The notes under the pieces were generated by a model that saw nothing but the letters and a program-made list of their open reading frames with translations, ran no database searches and was not told the origin of the DNA. Shown here piece after piece: positions 28,201 to 40,714 of a stretch of 64,000 nucleotides of DNA. The position numbers were made by a program, and so were the translations under genes. The stretch is from Eledone cirrhosa. Taxonomy: Eukaryota. Where the stretch lies: the NCBI GenBank assembly GCA_964016885.1, contig OZ024755.1:24242001-24306000 (forward strand). The letters run 5' to 3'. Position 1 is the first letter of the stretch; each line of letters starts with the position of its first letter.

Positions 28201-31200
28201 ATACACACAGTCACACACACACATGCGTGCACATGTATGGAGGGGGAATATCAGGTGAAGTGTTGGCAAATTTCAAGAAGCATGGAAGTTTTGGAGGATG
28301 CAGTGTCACGACAGCTAACATCTGATACAGGTAGTTTGTTCCATGCTTCAGCAACTCTGAGCATGAAAAAGTGTTTCCGAAAGTCATGAGAGTTGGTGCG
28401 GTCCATAAAAATGCCTATAAACGTCAAAGCATAATGTAAAATATAGGCTGGCAAATACAGTATATTGTTATTTATAATTTTAGCGTTTAAAATCATGAAG
28501 AAATATAAATTACCACGAAAAAAGCCATTAAAAAATTACGGAAGATATTTATGATTCCGCGAATATGCTGTGGTTTCCATAGTTAGGTTCTGAGGAAAAT
28601 TCAGCGAATAACCGGGACGCAAATGCCGGGGGTACACTGTACTTGAGTCTAGGGAAATCAGTGAATCTTGTCTGGGTATGTGGTTGAAGTCTATACAGTT
28701 GGTGATGAGTGTGACATAAATAAATCTAGTTTAGCTTTCTAAAGTTTTATTCAACATATAACAAAACATATCTCGTGTTTGCTGCTATATGGAAGAGAAG
28801 CTGAGATTTATAATAATGAAAACAAGGGAGGCCACTTTAGTTTAGATATGATTTAAACTAGAAATACAACTGAATCTTGTTTCAGGGTAAGTTACTAAGT
28901 AAGTTACTAAGTAAGTTACATAAGTTACTAATTTGCCACAAAGTAAAACTTTTAAAGTCCATATAAACTTGATATTTAAAAAAAAATTATTACCTTGCAT
29001 GAGGGGCAAACAAAACCACTCATATTTTCAATCAATCCAAGTATAGGTATGCCTGTCTTTTGGCAGAAAGTAGCTTCACGACGCACATCACCAACAGAGA
29101 CAGACTAGAAAGAGAGAATGGGCATATTTCATCATTAATATAAGAATATATTAAGATTGTTTGGACAAATCTGTGTGTGAAAGATGGGACTAGAATATAT
29201 AGTGGTATCAAATGAATATGAGAGTTGAAGGTAACAAGTCATCAAACACTCAAGTAGAGAAAAAATATAAGAGAGATAACTGAGATCTTAAAGGTGATAA
29301 AGTGAAATTTGGAAATAAATTCTGTCATATGTTTTTATGAAGCAACTTGTCAGAAATCAGTATCATCATTTAACGTCCATTTTCTACGCTAGCGTGGGTT
29401 AGAAAGGTGGTCTCGTTTGAGGCAAGTCAGGTCAGGTGATCATGTCTTGCTTATACAGAACTGTTTTGGGCTTGGTTTCTATGGTTGGATGCTATTCCTG
29501 ACACCAATCACATTTACAGTGAGTACTGGGTGCTTTTTGTTGTGACACCTACACGACCACTTTACAGAGTACTGGGTGCTTTTCGTCATGACACCTACAC
29601 GGCCACTTTACAGCGAGTACTGGGTGCTTTTTGTCGTGACACCTACATGACCACTTTACAGTGAGTACCGGGTGTTTTTTGCCACGACACCTACATGACC
29701 ACTTTACAGTGTGGGCTGGGTGCTTTTTGTCATGACACCTACACGACCACTTTACAGTGAGTACCGGGTGTTTTTTGCCACAACACCTACATGACCACTT
29801 TACAGTGTGGGCTGGGTGCTTTTTGTCATGACACCTACACGACCACTTTACAGTATACGATGGGTGCTTTTTGTCACGACACCTACATGACCACTTTACA
29901 GTGTGGGCTGGGTGCTTTTTGTCACGACATCTACATGACCACTTTACAGTGTGGGCTGGGTGCTTTTTGTCGTGACACCTACACGACCACTTTACAGTGT
30001 GGGCTGGGTGCTTTTTGTCATGACATCTACATGACCACTTTGCAGTGAGCTGGGTGCTTTTTATCACAACACCTACATGACCACTTTACAGTGTGGACTG
30101 GGTGCTTTTTGTCACAACACCTACACGACCCCTTTACAGTGTGGACTGGGTGCTTTTTGTCACAACACCTACACGACCACTTTACAGTGAGTACTGGGTA
30201 CTTTTTGTCAGGACACGTACACGACCACTTTACAGTGCGTACTGGGTGCTTTTTGTTGTGACACCTACATGACCACTTTACAGTGAGTACTGGGTGCTTT
30301 TTGTCACGACACCTACATGACCACTTTACAGTGTTGGCTGGGTGCTTTTCGTCACAACACCTACACAGCCACATAGTGTGGGATGGGCACTTTTTGTCAT
30401 GTAACCTACATGACCACTTTATAGTGTGGGATGAGCACTTTTTGTCATGTAACATACACAGCCACTTTATAGTGTGGGCTGGGTGCTTTTTGTTGTGTCG
30501 CCATCATGGCAACTTTACAGTGTGGGATGGGGCCTTCTTTGGTAGATGTATCACACTGTGTTTGTGTAATAGTATATGTAGAAACAGCATTTTATTTCAG
30601 TGTTAACCTGAACTTTGTAAAGGATTAGTAGTTGTTGGAGGCTGAAGTATTTTCTGGCTCTGAAGAGGAAAGTCAGTCTTTTTAATGCAGTTTTAACTCA
30701 GTTGAAGATGTGCATTTGCCAAGAGAGATCTTCATTGATGGTGAAGCAATTATCAGGTTTCTAATAATATGCTGTTCATGAGTGGGTGGGCTAAGATGTG
30801 ATAATGTTAATGACCTTACCTGAGGTGTGGTGACCAAAACAGCTCCATCTGGATTAAAACTACGAAGGCTTTCCACAACAGCTAAATGTTCATCAGATGT
30901 GCCAGGTGGAGTATCAATAATCAGATATTCAGTCTCTTGCCAACAGACATCATTTACAAACTGATGAATCATTGCTGAAACAATAAAAGAATGAAGAAAT
31001 AAACAACAATCAAAATCTTTAAATTAACTCTTAAAATTTTGTAAGGATTTAGCAAAAAAATATCTAAAAACAGGTTTGTTCATTCTTTACAAGAGGACAG
31101 ATTGCTGTGAAAATTTGCATGGTCTCTGTCTGGATGCACATCCTAAAAGCAACCACTTCACAGCATGTACCGGGTTTTGTTGTAGCACTAATATTACCAC

Positions 31201-31367
31201 CTGACTGAATGAACAGGTCCCTGTTTTATTGATAGCGCACTGTATATCTCTCTCTAGTGTGTTACCTTTTCAAAATATTGTATTTTAAAGAGCTCAGGAT
31301 TTCTTCTCCTTTGAGCACATTATTTACAGGGAATGGCGAGGGCCTATGGCTCTGTTAATTTATCGTG

Positions 31368-31399
<32 letters not shown>

Positions 31400-34300
31400 T
31401 ATATATAATATATAATATATATATATAGAGAGAGAGAGAGGTATGTGTGTGGGAATATAGAAGATAAAAATAGAATTTGCTTTCCCTCTGTAGAATTGCA
31501 TAAGAAAAAAAGTTATCAACATAATTTGGTGGTTAAGATCAATACTTTTTGCTAGAATTATTGTTCTTCATTTCTTTGTGTATTTTGTGTATTTGGAAAA
31601 CATGTTTGCTGTTAACATCTAGTATATATCTATATTTACCTGTTTTTCTTGGACCTCGCCAAACAATTGCATCATCTTTATTTTCTAGTAGAAATGCTAT
31701 AGACATAACACCCAGCCTCTGCTCTTTATCAAAGTATACTGGAACCCATCTGTAACACAAACCTAGTCTTCATTAGTTTCTAAACAAAAGAATTCTGTCA
31801 ATTTGTACTTTATTGCTTAATCAAGAAGAGGGGCAATGCCTATGACCCTCTTCAGGGCCTCTAAGACAGGTGGAAAGGAGGGTAGGAGGAAAGTATCCCC
31901 AAACCAGAGACTAGGCCCAAATGTTTGAAACAGAGTGGATTCTACTAAAGACACCAAGGGTCAGGTGGTGGTATTAAACTGGATGGCCAATTAAATTGCC
32001 CACCTATATAGGTTACAGCTTACCATGGAACCTGCAAAACTAACCCTTGCTTTAGCAGTGAAGACGGCCTTAAAATGCTTGTAGTATTAACCCTTTAGCA
32101 TTTAAACTAGTCGTATCCAGCCAGAATTCTCTCACTTCTTTGTTTAAACTGATCGCAACCAGCCTCTCATACCAGTTTTAAGGTATTGTTCTCAAAATAA
32201 ATATCAAAATCTCGTAGATTCGATATTATGTGAAAATACAATAGTAATTATAGAGTAATGCAAATGCTAACGGGTTAAATCTAGTTCGAACAACTGGACA
32301 TTGGTTGATAAACATCGACTTACCCTTCTGGACAGCTATGGACATCTTTATTGTCGATGTTTAACATTTTAGGGATACTAGGACCACAAAGATCAACATC
32401 TAAAAGGCCAACCTATAAAAATAAATAAAACATACAGGCTGAAAAAATAGATCAAATCTGTGTTAAGCAGGGAATTTCTCAGTAAAAAGTTATTGTTGCA
32501 TCGGTTGAATCAACCATCCTATCAACATCTCTTACTATAGCCATTCTGTGTTTATAACAAGAAAACCATTCAAATAATTTTGTAAAATTCAGTGACTGTT
32601 TTATTGAGTGAGAAGACCAAAGAATAAAGACATCATCATCATTTTACGTCCGCTTTTCCTTGCTTGTAAGGGTGGGACAGGAACTGATTCTGGTTTGATT
32701 TCTACAGCTGGATGCCCTTCCTAACACCAACCTCATTTACAGTGAGTGCTGGGTGCTGTTTTTCCGTGGCGCCTACACGTCCACTTTACGGTGTGGGCTG
32801 GGTGCTTTTTTGCCGTGGCACCTCCACGACCACTTTGCAGTGGAATGATAGGGACCCCAGTCCTATCATCTCATTTCTACAGCTGAGTAAACTGGAACAA
32901 TGTGAAATAAAGTGTCTTGCTCAAGGAAACAACACATCACCCGGTCTGAGAATTGAACTCACAACCTTCCGATTGAAAGCCCAATGCTTTAACCACTAAG
33001 CCATGTGCCTCCATGTCATATCTGTGATATTGACATGACCTCAATTGGTGGATAAATTTCTGTCTTTGGAACCACCAGCCAGAGCAAAACATGTTACCTA
33101 GCAGAAACTCAATGTTCACATGTTCGTAACCACAGCAAACACCTAGTTAAAAGATATTGGTCGTGGTCAAGATCAAAGACAGATGGGCTCTGCCAAGCTG
33201 TATTTGCTCTAGATACACTGCATAATGTAGTATTTCTACAATGCTGGAGGTTCAAGGAAAATGTAAAATGAAATGAAGAAGTGATGAACTCTCAAACAGA
33301 AGGTATGAAAACATGGTACTAATACTAACACTTTACAGTTAAGCATTATATAGTTGGATATTCATAAATTACCTTTTTTCCAGCCCTTAGTAGCCCAAGT
33401 GAGAGTTGAACAGCAATAGTACTTTTACCCACACCACCTTTGCCTGACAGAACAAGAATTACATGCTTCACACCAGACAAATGGCTTGTATCAGATTCTA
33501 GATTAAAACAAGGAAAATAAGAAAAACACATTTCAATTACAATAAATGACAAAGAAAAAACAACAAATTCCAAAAGTTACATACAGAAATAAGTCATTAA
33601 CCCTTTAGCATTTAAATCGGCCATATTCAGCCAGAATTCTCTCACCTATTTCTGATCAAACTGGCTGTAACTGGCCACTCATACTGACATTAAGGTATTG
33701 TCAAAGTAAATATAGAGTAATGTAAATGCTAAAGGGTTAAAGGTTTATCCTGTTGAAGTAAAGAAACCAGCCTTTGACCTGAGCCAGAATGTAGTTATGA
33801 TCAGAGTGTAGACTGATAAAGTGAAATATTGACTATAAGCTGCTTTTTGAAAACCAATCTAATATTTTGGTGTTAACTTATGCGAAAGATGCTTACTAAT
33901 TTAAAGTTTTGGGAATTTCATTTTCCTGCACCACCCTTCTACTTGGCTTTTCATAGTTTGTCAGTCTGCTGTCTGTGAGTGATGATATTTCCAACCTAAG
34001 TTAACCGTTTTGATAACAAAACTACCTGAAACAACCAATGATTCTGTGATACAAAGCTGTTTATAGTTATCTAAAAAATTTCCATCATAATTTTATGCAA
34101 AAACCCTTTTTAAATTAGGTTCAAAACACAAAATGAATAACAAGAAATTTAGTTATATTACAAAATCCTTCCAAATTCTTCATTATTTTCAAAATGATTA
34201 GAATATCATAGGCTGTGATTTTTATTAGAAATATGGTACGGAAAGGGTTAATGATTCTGATCTAAACAATATATACTACTATAGAACATTACATTGCACA

Positions 34301-35660
34301 TTGGGGAGACAACAGTCTTTTACTAATAAAACAATGCAAGGGAGATAACTATATCACAATGGAAGTTTACGAAAGGCTTCCCTGGCAAATAATGTAAATA
34401 AAGAAAGCAGTTTATTTCATACTGCATAAAAGCTCAACAAAATAAAATGTAAAGTGTACAGAATCATAGCTGATAAATTTAATGCAAAGAACATTTAAAA
34501 TGTACCCAAGAAATCAAAATTATAACTATTCAATGCAAGTGGTAGTGTTAGCAGAATTGTTAAAATGGTAGCTCGAATATTCCGGCTGTGTTTTGAGTTC
34601 AATAATGCCGGAGGTCAACTTTGTTTTTATCGTTTCAGCGTTAGATAAAACACCACTATAGTCGATTCTGTTTGTTATTGTTCTTGAACAGGTTACAGTG
34701 ATTTAGCAAAAGTATGATCAAAGTCGTGTCCATTCCGTCTTTCGTGTAATTAATTGTGTATTTAAAAAAAAAAGGAATTGGGTGTGATTTAAATGAATTT
34801 GACGGCTATGCAAAACAAAAAGCTTATTCTCAAAATAAGTTTTTAATTATAAAATAAGCCAAAATAACATGTGTAAAACTGGTGAGTGGTGGCATTTAAC
34901 GCTTCGATATCGAACGGAAGAAACTGCACCATTTAGCAAATTAGTTATATAATTAATTTTGACAGAAAGTCAAACGATACATGATATATATATAGAGATC
35001 AGTGCAACTTAGCGGGTACCCATTAATATATAGGTTGTTGTTCAGCCTAACAAATTTATTTCAGCTGTGACCATCGAGTCTTTTTAGAACGAAGTAACTA
35101 CATTACTCATGCCTTGTCGGTAGGGTGTAATTTGAGTAAGATTTGGCTACCTTTTTATTACGTACTGGTAATAACTACGTGCTGCCAATTGAAGCAAACA
35201 CATGTTACACATTCTTCATTTAACGAAATAAAAATAAATTCTAATGAACCAATTCTTAAAGCTATCAACAAAATAGAATCTCATTACATCCGGTGAATAA
35301 TTTTATGAGGACAAAATAAAAATTAAACTTAACACGAAACTAGTTTTGCCTTGTTTATGTAATACAGCTAAGATACGAAATTGTATTAGTATTGTTTAAT
35401 TGACCATTTAGCTATGTATATACAAACCAAATATCAACTTCGTTCATTCTCCAAAATACCGCTAAATAATAAATTTTATACGCACATGTATCGATTGTTG
35501 ATAGTAACTTATGGTGAAATATTTGTTTGTTTTGAAATAAAACCAAACCTTTAGCGAATGAGTTGTTGTTTTTATCTATTTATAAAATAACAAATGAACT
35601 TTCATAGACTGGGTTGAAATAGGTAATACTGACAAATATCTCACCAGAATGACTAGTCAT
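25105..35660 (-). CDS. NUBP2: Cytosolic Fe-S cluster assembly factor NUBP2 (Cfd1), complete, 8 exons, 267 aa
   Basis: complement(join(25105..25232,27947..28016,28994..29104,30820..30974,31640..31749,32324..32412,33373..33497,35645..35660)) = 804 nt; all introns GT-AG and phase-consistent; motifs [44 protein letters not shown]; lacks the NUBP1 N-terminal 4-Cys extension. Confidence 0.95.
27418..27891. repeat. Long inverted repeat, 182-bp arms, 110-bp spacer
   Basis: 27418-27599 is the near-exact reverse complement of 27710-27891; mirrored ORFs appear in the ORF track. Confidence 0.95.
27947..28016 (-). CDS. NUBP2: NUBP2 exon 7 ([23 protein letters not shown])
   Basis: CAG acceptor, GTGAGG donor. 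Confidence 0.95.
28080..28400 (-). mobile_element. CR1/L2-like LINE 3' end
   Basis: [20 protein letters not shown], then a 3' UTR and (ATT)n tail; related copies at ~37640-37930 (+) and ~25890-26190 (+). Confidence 0.7.
28994..29104 (-). CDS. NUBP2: NUBP2 exon 6 ([10 protein letters not shown]...[12 protein letters not shown])
   Basis: TAG acceptor, GTAATA donor, CPxC motif. Confidence 0.96.
29510..30530. repeat. 48-bp minisatellite, about 21 copies, embedded in a retroposon
   Basis: Unit approximately CCACTTTACAGTGTGGGCTGGGTGCTTTTTGTCATGACACCTACACGA; 16-aa periodicity in the ORF track. Confidence 0.95.
30820..30974 (-). CDS. NUBP2: NUBP2 exon 5 (AMIHQFV...[10 protein letters not shown]...VTTPQ)
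   Basis: CAG acceptor, GTAAGG donor. Confidence 0.97.
31640..31749 (-). CDS. NUBP2: NUBP2 exon 4 (WVPVYF...VWRGPRKT)
   Basis: CAG acceptor, GTAAAT donor. Confidence 0.96.
32087..32278 (+). mobile_element. TTAA MITE family 1
   Basis: Terminal inverted repeats with TTAA at both ends. Confidence 0.8.
32324..32412 (-). CDS. NUBP2: NUBP2 exon 3 ([17 protein letters not shown]...)
   Basis: TAG acceptor, GTAAGT donor. Confidence 0.96.
32631..33010 (-). mobile_element. CORE-like SINE family B, full length
   Basis: tRNA-like head, CORE-like block, 48-bp units, (TGA)n tail. Confidence 0.85.
33373..33497 (-). CDS. NUBP2: NUBP2 exon 2 (P-loop [10 protein letters not shown])
   Basis: TAG acceptor, GTAATT donor. 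Confidence 0.95.
33597..33740 (+). mobile_element. TTAA MITE family 1, internally deleted
   Basis: Both terminal inverted repeats intact. Confidence 0.8.
35645..35660 (-). CDS. NUBP2: NUBP2 exon 1 coding part (MTSHS)
   Basis: ATG ACT AGT CAT TCT G|GTGAGA; phase 1 matches exon 2; lies in a CpG-richer region. Confidence 0.75.
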
Positions 35661-35860
35661 CGTACTGCGAGCTGAAGAAAAAGTGCCTACTGTTGGATAA
35701 GGCTAGCCTTGATTCGTTTCGCCTGGTGACTGTTAACAATTCGTGTTTTTAGTGTAACATGCTTCTAACTAATTTTACTGCTGAACCTTGTTCAATAGCC
35801 ACTATTAGACAGACACTGGACAAGTACATTTATATTTATTTATTGCAATAAAAGAATAAG
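35661..35860. promoter_or_regulatory. Putative bidirectional promoter and 5' UTRs of NUBP2 and the MXRA7-like gene
   Basis: 200 bp between divergent start codons. Confidence 0.65.
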
Positions 35861-36164
35861 ATGGAATCTAAAAGTGGAGTTAGTGAGGTAGAAAATGGTC
35901 CATATGGAAATATTTATATAATCTGCTTGTCAATATTAGCTACGATAGTCATTATGGTAATATCTGCTATGTACACTATTCGTAATATCAAGAGAATATG
36001 GTTTCTGGGTAATAGAAAGACTAGAAAAAGAAGCAACCCTACTGCAACGAAAACTGAAGATAATAATGTAGATGATGATGATGGATCAGAGGGTAAAGTT
36101 AACGTGCAAAATACCCAACCAAATAATATTAGCAATGAAGATACACAGAAAGAGGAGGTATCAT
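35861..36164 (+). CDS. MXRA7: MXRA7-like exon 1
   Basis: ORF from the ATG with TM segment IYIICLSILATIVIMVISAMYTI; GTAAGT donor. Confidence 0.78.
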
Positions 36165-39100
36165 GTAAGTAAGTTATATCTGTCATTCTATTTTAGATTA
36201 TTAACGATCTTTTTAACTTTAATAGTGGTTTTGGTATTATTATAGAACCACCCACCCACCCACGGATTTCAATGGGAAAATTCATCAACGCTGTTCCTTC
36301 GTTGTTTACATGTGCATTTATTTTGTTTACTTATGTTTACACATATATGTCAAGATGTAAGAAACTCAGAACTGGACAGCAGGTCTTCAGAGAAGAAACC
36401 CCACTCAAGCGAATTTTTTGGCCCTTAACTTCTTACACTCTAAGGGGGCCGGGTCGCATCCAGGTCATGACCCCTGGGTGTCCTTCTGCTGACAATTAGC
36501 CATTCTGAAATCTGAGACTTGCTGTATAAACCTTATGGAAATTTTAATAACAGGATCTAGCTGAAACTACTCTCCGTTACCTCCGCTTTCAAACTTATAT
36601 TTGAACGCTTTCATCGATTGACATATGTGTATCAATCTACCAGACCCAGAAAATAAAAGCCGAGTTCTGTCTCAATAGATACATTTTCGTAAAATTAATT
36701 TTTTTAATATAAAAATGTTATTCATTTATTTCAAACTATCAACTTGAAACAACAATTCGTTTTGTATTGTATTTTAAATTTAATATACGACGCTTCTTCG
36801 TTATTTACCCAACATTTCAAATTAAATCAAACATTATCTCATATTAAACACTAACCCTAATGTTTGTTTTAATTTGAAATGTAGGGTAATAACGAAGAAG
36901 TGCCTAATATTCATCCAGTCCCTTTCATAGGACACTTTCTTGTTTTAAGAAATTTATGAGAGAGAAAGGGGATCTTATAAAATCCGACACTGAATACTCA
37001 AACAAATGAATTTTGCATCATACTGATTCTGCTTGTTGGAGCTAATCTTGCCGATTACAAACGTAGTTGAAAATGAAACTAAAGATAATAATAAGTGTCT
37101 TAAAATAACTTTGCTTTGTTGTGAATACATCTAAATTAAAGGCGGTTATATTGGCACAGTTGTTAGCACATCAGAAGGCTTTGCTGTATTCATTTCGACT
37201 CTGCGCTCTGAGTTCAAATCCCGCCGAAGTCAACTTTGCTTTTTACCGTTTTAAGGTCGATAAAAAAAAGTATCAGTCCTGTACTGGAGTCGATTCTTCC
37301 TCTATATCTCTTTCTCCTTCTTTGGAAAAAATTGGGGTAAATTTTATATTCGTTTTTTTTCGTGTGCTATCAATTAGACTTACCTCTTTATTTATCAACT
37401 TCGAAAGTTGATGTTGGAGGGAATTGAAACTAGGGCTCAATGGAATGGAAGAAATACCAAGGAATTCTTAATCCAATACCCTAATGACTCAGTCAATTCA
37501 CTGCTTTCAGATCAGAGAATAAATAGTATTGAAAATGTAAAAAAAAAATAATTTATAAAACTGACAATTCCTATTTCAAGGAATATTTATTACATCTGCC
37601 ATTCTAACACGACTTGCAAAAACTATGTACAATGTATGTCTTTCTTGGAAACATGTTTTCATACTCAGAGTTGCTGAAGCATGGAACAAACTACCTTGCA
37701 TTAATTGTTAGCTGCTGGTACACTGCATTCTTTAAAACCTCCATGCCTCCTGAAATTCACCAACACTACACCTGATATCACCCCCTCCATACACATGCAC
37801 ACATGTATATCATGATTCATACACTGTTCACTTTCCTGACATTTGTACATTATTCTATGTACTATATATGCACCTTTGATGAGTTATAGTGCACCTGAGC
37901 ACTGTACATAATAATTTCATTATTATTATAATGAAAAAATAAATCATACTCCACCACACTCCTGATTTTTTTTTATTTATTAGTTTTTGTTTCGTTGTTT
38001 TTCTTGGAGAAAGTGAAGCAGCGTCCAGGGACATTGTATATCTTTTTAGATTGTTTGATCTTAAATAACTTGACAAGGCTGATATTGATGTAGTAGGTGG
38101 ACAGAAAACTTGACTAAGGAGGATTGTATAAACTTGTTATAACATTTGTGGAATAAAGAATTACATGATCCAAGACATCATGTTTACCGTTTAACGTCAA
38201 TTTCCATGCTAGCATGGATTAGATGAGTTGCTCTGTTGTGAGGTAGGCCAGATTCAGGTGACCATGTCTTGCTCATACAGAGCTGGTTTTGGCATGGTTG
38301 GACATATATCAATTTCAGAAGAACAGAAGTCGTTGTGGCAGCAGGAAAACAAAAAGTCACCTGACCTGGCATTGCTCACAACTGGACAACTCGTCTAACC
38401 CATGCTAGCTTGGAAAAATGGACGTTAAACAGTGATGATGATAACAGGAAACCACTTTTGCCTAAATATAGTGTAAAAGTTTTGGACATTGGCACCATTC
38501 TTGCACATGGCTTAGTGGTTAAAGCATTGGCCTTGCAATCGAAAGGTTGTGAGTTCAATTCTCAGACCGAGTGATGTGTTGTTTCCTTGAGCAAGACACT
38601 TTATTTCACATTGCTCCAGTTTACTCAGCTGTAGAAATGAGATGATAGGGACCCCAGTCCCTATCATTCCACTGCAAAGTGGTCGTGGAGGTGCCACGGA
38701 AAAAAAAGCACCCAGCACTCACTGTAAAATGAGGTTGGTGTTAGGAAGGGCATCCAGCTGTAGAAATCAAGCCAGAATCAGTTCGCTTTTCCCTGCTTGC
38801 AAGGGTGGGACGGGGACGTAAAATGATGATGATGATGAAATAGCATATTCTTTACATATGTCTTTTGTTGTTTTTTTTCCATTTTCTCTTCAATTTTCAT
38901 ATTTCTATTTTTAATTATTTCTAATTCATATGCTAACAAAGACTAACCAGTCTCCAAGGTCAGTATTTCTTTATTTAGATAGAGCTGTTACAAAAAAAAA
39001 AAGAAAAAACTGTCTAACATATTGGCGTATTCTATAATCTGACCTGTTGAGACATGTCATTCCTACCCAAAGAAAACAATGGAAGTTAAGCTTTGTTTGC

Positions 39101-40266
39101 AGATCATTGTTGTAGCATCTTCTAATGGAGTTACTTTTTTCAGTAATTGTTTGCACAATTAAGTCATCATCTATTAGCTCTTAACACATCTCTTATAAAT
39201 ATTTTTCAATACTTTAGTCTAACGTCCATTATTGTCTATACCAGTTTATTTCATCAATGCAAGTTATTGTATTAGGTTTTTCAGACTTTTCTAATAAGCT
39301 TATGAGTAGGTTCAGTTTTTGTTCTTTTTTTCTTTCAAGTTAAACAGTTTTATTTATGTACCTATCTGTGTTGAGGAACCCTCTACTTGTTTGCTTGACC
39401 TGCTAGAGATAACAGCCGAATCTCACTCAGATAACACCCTAAGGACACATTAGGGGATGTAGTCCTGTGTATCCCTTAATCAGAGTTAGAGCTAAATAAC
39501 AATGGAACACCAGCCGCTGTTTCCTTTCATACACACATACATTGTGTGACGGACAGAAGTCGCTCAAATTTATATATAGATAAATAAAAGCTGTTGGCTA
39601 CATCACAGAATTGGGGTAACCTCCCTAGCAATCAAGCTTCATTTTCTAGATACAGCTATTTCTATTTCCCTTCTTTTAAAATAAATGTCATGTAGACGAA
39701 CATCGTGTTTCACAATCTGAAACTCTCACATAACCTAATTGCTGCCACCTTCTAACCACTCTCTTTTTTTATGTATGCTAAAGGTATCTTATTATTTCTT
39801 TTGGGGTTGGTGGATTGGCTGAATAAGTAGAGTATCGTTTAAAATGCCATTGTGATATTTGTTCTGGCTCTTTACATTCTGAGTTCAAATCCTGCCACGG
39901 TCAACTTTGTATTTCATCGAAAAATTAGAATAACAATCAAGTACTGGGATTGATTTAATCAACTGTGCCTAAACTATAAATCATTATTTCTTTACAGGTT
40001 GTGAAGAAACTAAAATGCCTGAAACCGATTCAGAACCAGATCCAATGCAATTTTGTCAACACATTCCAAGTGAAGTGAAGAAAGCAAAACAGCGCCTCAC
40101 TATGAAAAACATACAACTTTCTGAGAAAGAGTTAGAAGAAGAGAGAGCTATTCAACGACATCAACTGGAAGAAATGTTTAATCTCATGAGAGCCCAAGGA
40201 GATAAGTTTGGACTATCAGATATCAATGAGATGAAAGAACAAATGAATCTCTATTCTATAAACTAA
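35861..40266 (+). CDS. MXRA7: MXRA7-like (matrix-remodeling-associated 7 helical domain) single-pass membrane protein, 2 exons, 190 aa
   Basis: join(35861..36164,39998..40266) = 573 nt; donor T|GTAAGT, acceptor TTTACAG|, phase 1; N-terminal hydrophobic helix, then a basic patch and acidic linker; C-terminus LSEKELEEERAIQRHQLEEMFNLM...FG.....MKEQMNLY resembles the MXRA7 C-terminus as I recall it. Confidence 0.78.
36792..36901. repeat. ~45-bp-stem hairpin with 21-nt loop
   Basis: 36792-36836 is nearly the reverse complement of 36858-36901. Confidence 0.88.
38503..38837 (+). mobile_element. CORE-like SINE family B with an internal 29-bp inversion
   Basis: Colinear with the sibling copies at the head and tail, except 38785-38813. 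Confidence 0.85.
39998..40266 (+). CDS. MXRA7: MXRA7-like exon 2
   Basis: TTTCTTTACAG acceptor, in frame with ORF 40015-40266; AATAAA at 40357-40362. Confidence 0.85.
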
Positions 40267-40714
40267 ACTATTAGCTGATATATATCTCATAGACTATAAG
40301 TTATATATAATTTATCTTACATGTTCCTTTGGTGTTCACTAATTTATTAAATTATAAATAAATGTTTGGGGGAACATTTTGTATTTATCTCATCTTTATT
40401 TTAAATGATTTTTTGGGAGTTTTTTTTTCAATATGAATTTCTAAATATGGTTAGGCTACTTTCACTCTATTCATATTCTTGTTAAGAAGTGATGTTGGTA
40501 TGCATTATGTTGATTTTTCATTTTCTGTTATGCCATGAAAGGAGAAGCAGCATGGATCTATCCATATCAGTTATATATGGTAGTTTACTTTATAACTTCA
40601 AATCCAGCCAAAGCACAACAGCATCGAGTTGTTACATTATTCTATGTACTATATTGACGAGTTGTAGTGCACCTGAGCACTTTACACAATAATTTCATTA
40701 TTATTAATGCATTT

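Noticed and set aside
28888-28931. Tandem GTAAGTTACTAA resembling repeated splice donors
   Set aside because: Antisense to NUBP2; a simple 12-bp slippage repeat
29549-30455. Cys/His-rich 16-aa repeat ORFs resembling a metal-binding protein
   Set aside because: By-product of a 48-bp intronic minisatellite; the frame is broken between ORFs and the unit belongs to a retroposon
33373-35660. NUBP1 or NUBPL identity
   Set aside because: Short N-terminus, with neither the 4-Cys extension nor a mitochondrial leader; motifs fit NUBP2
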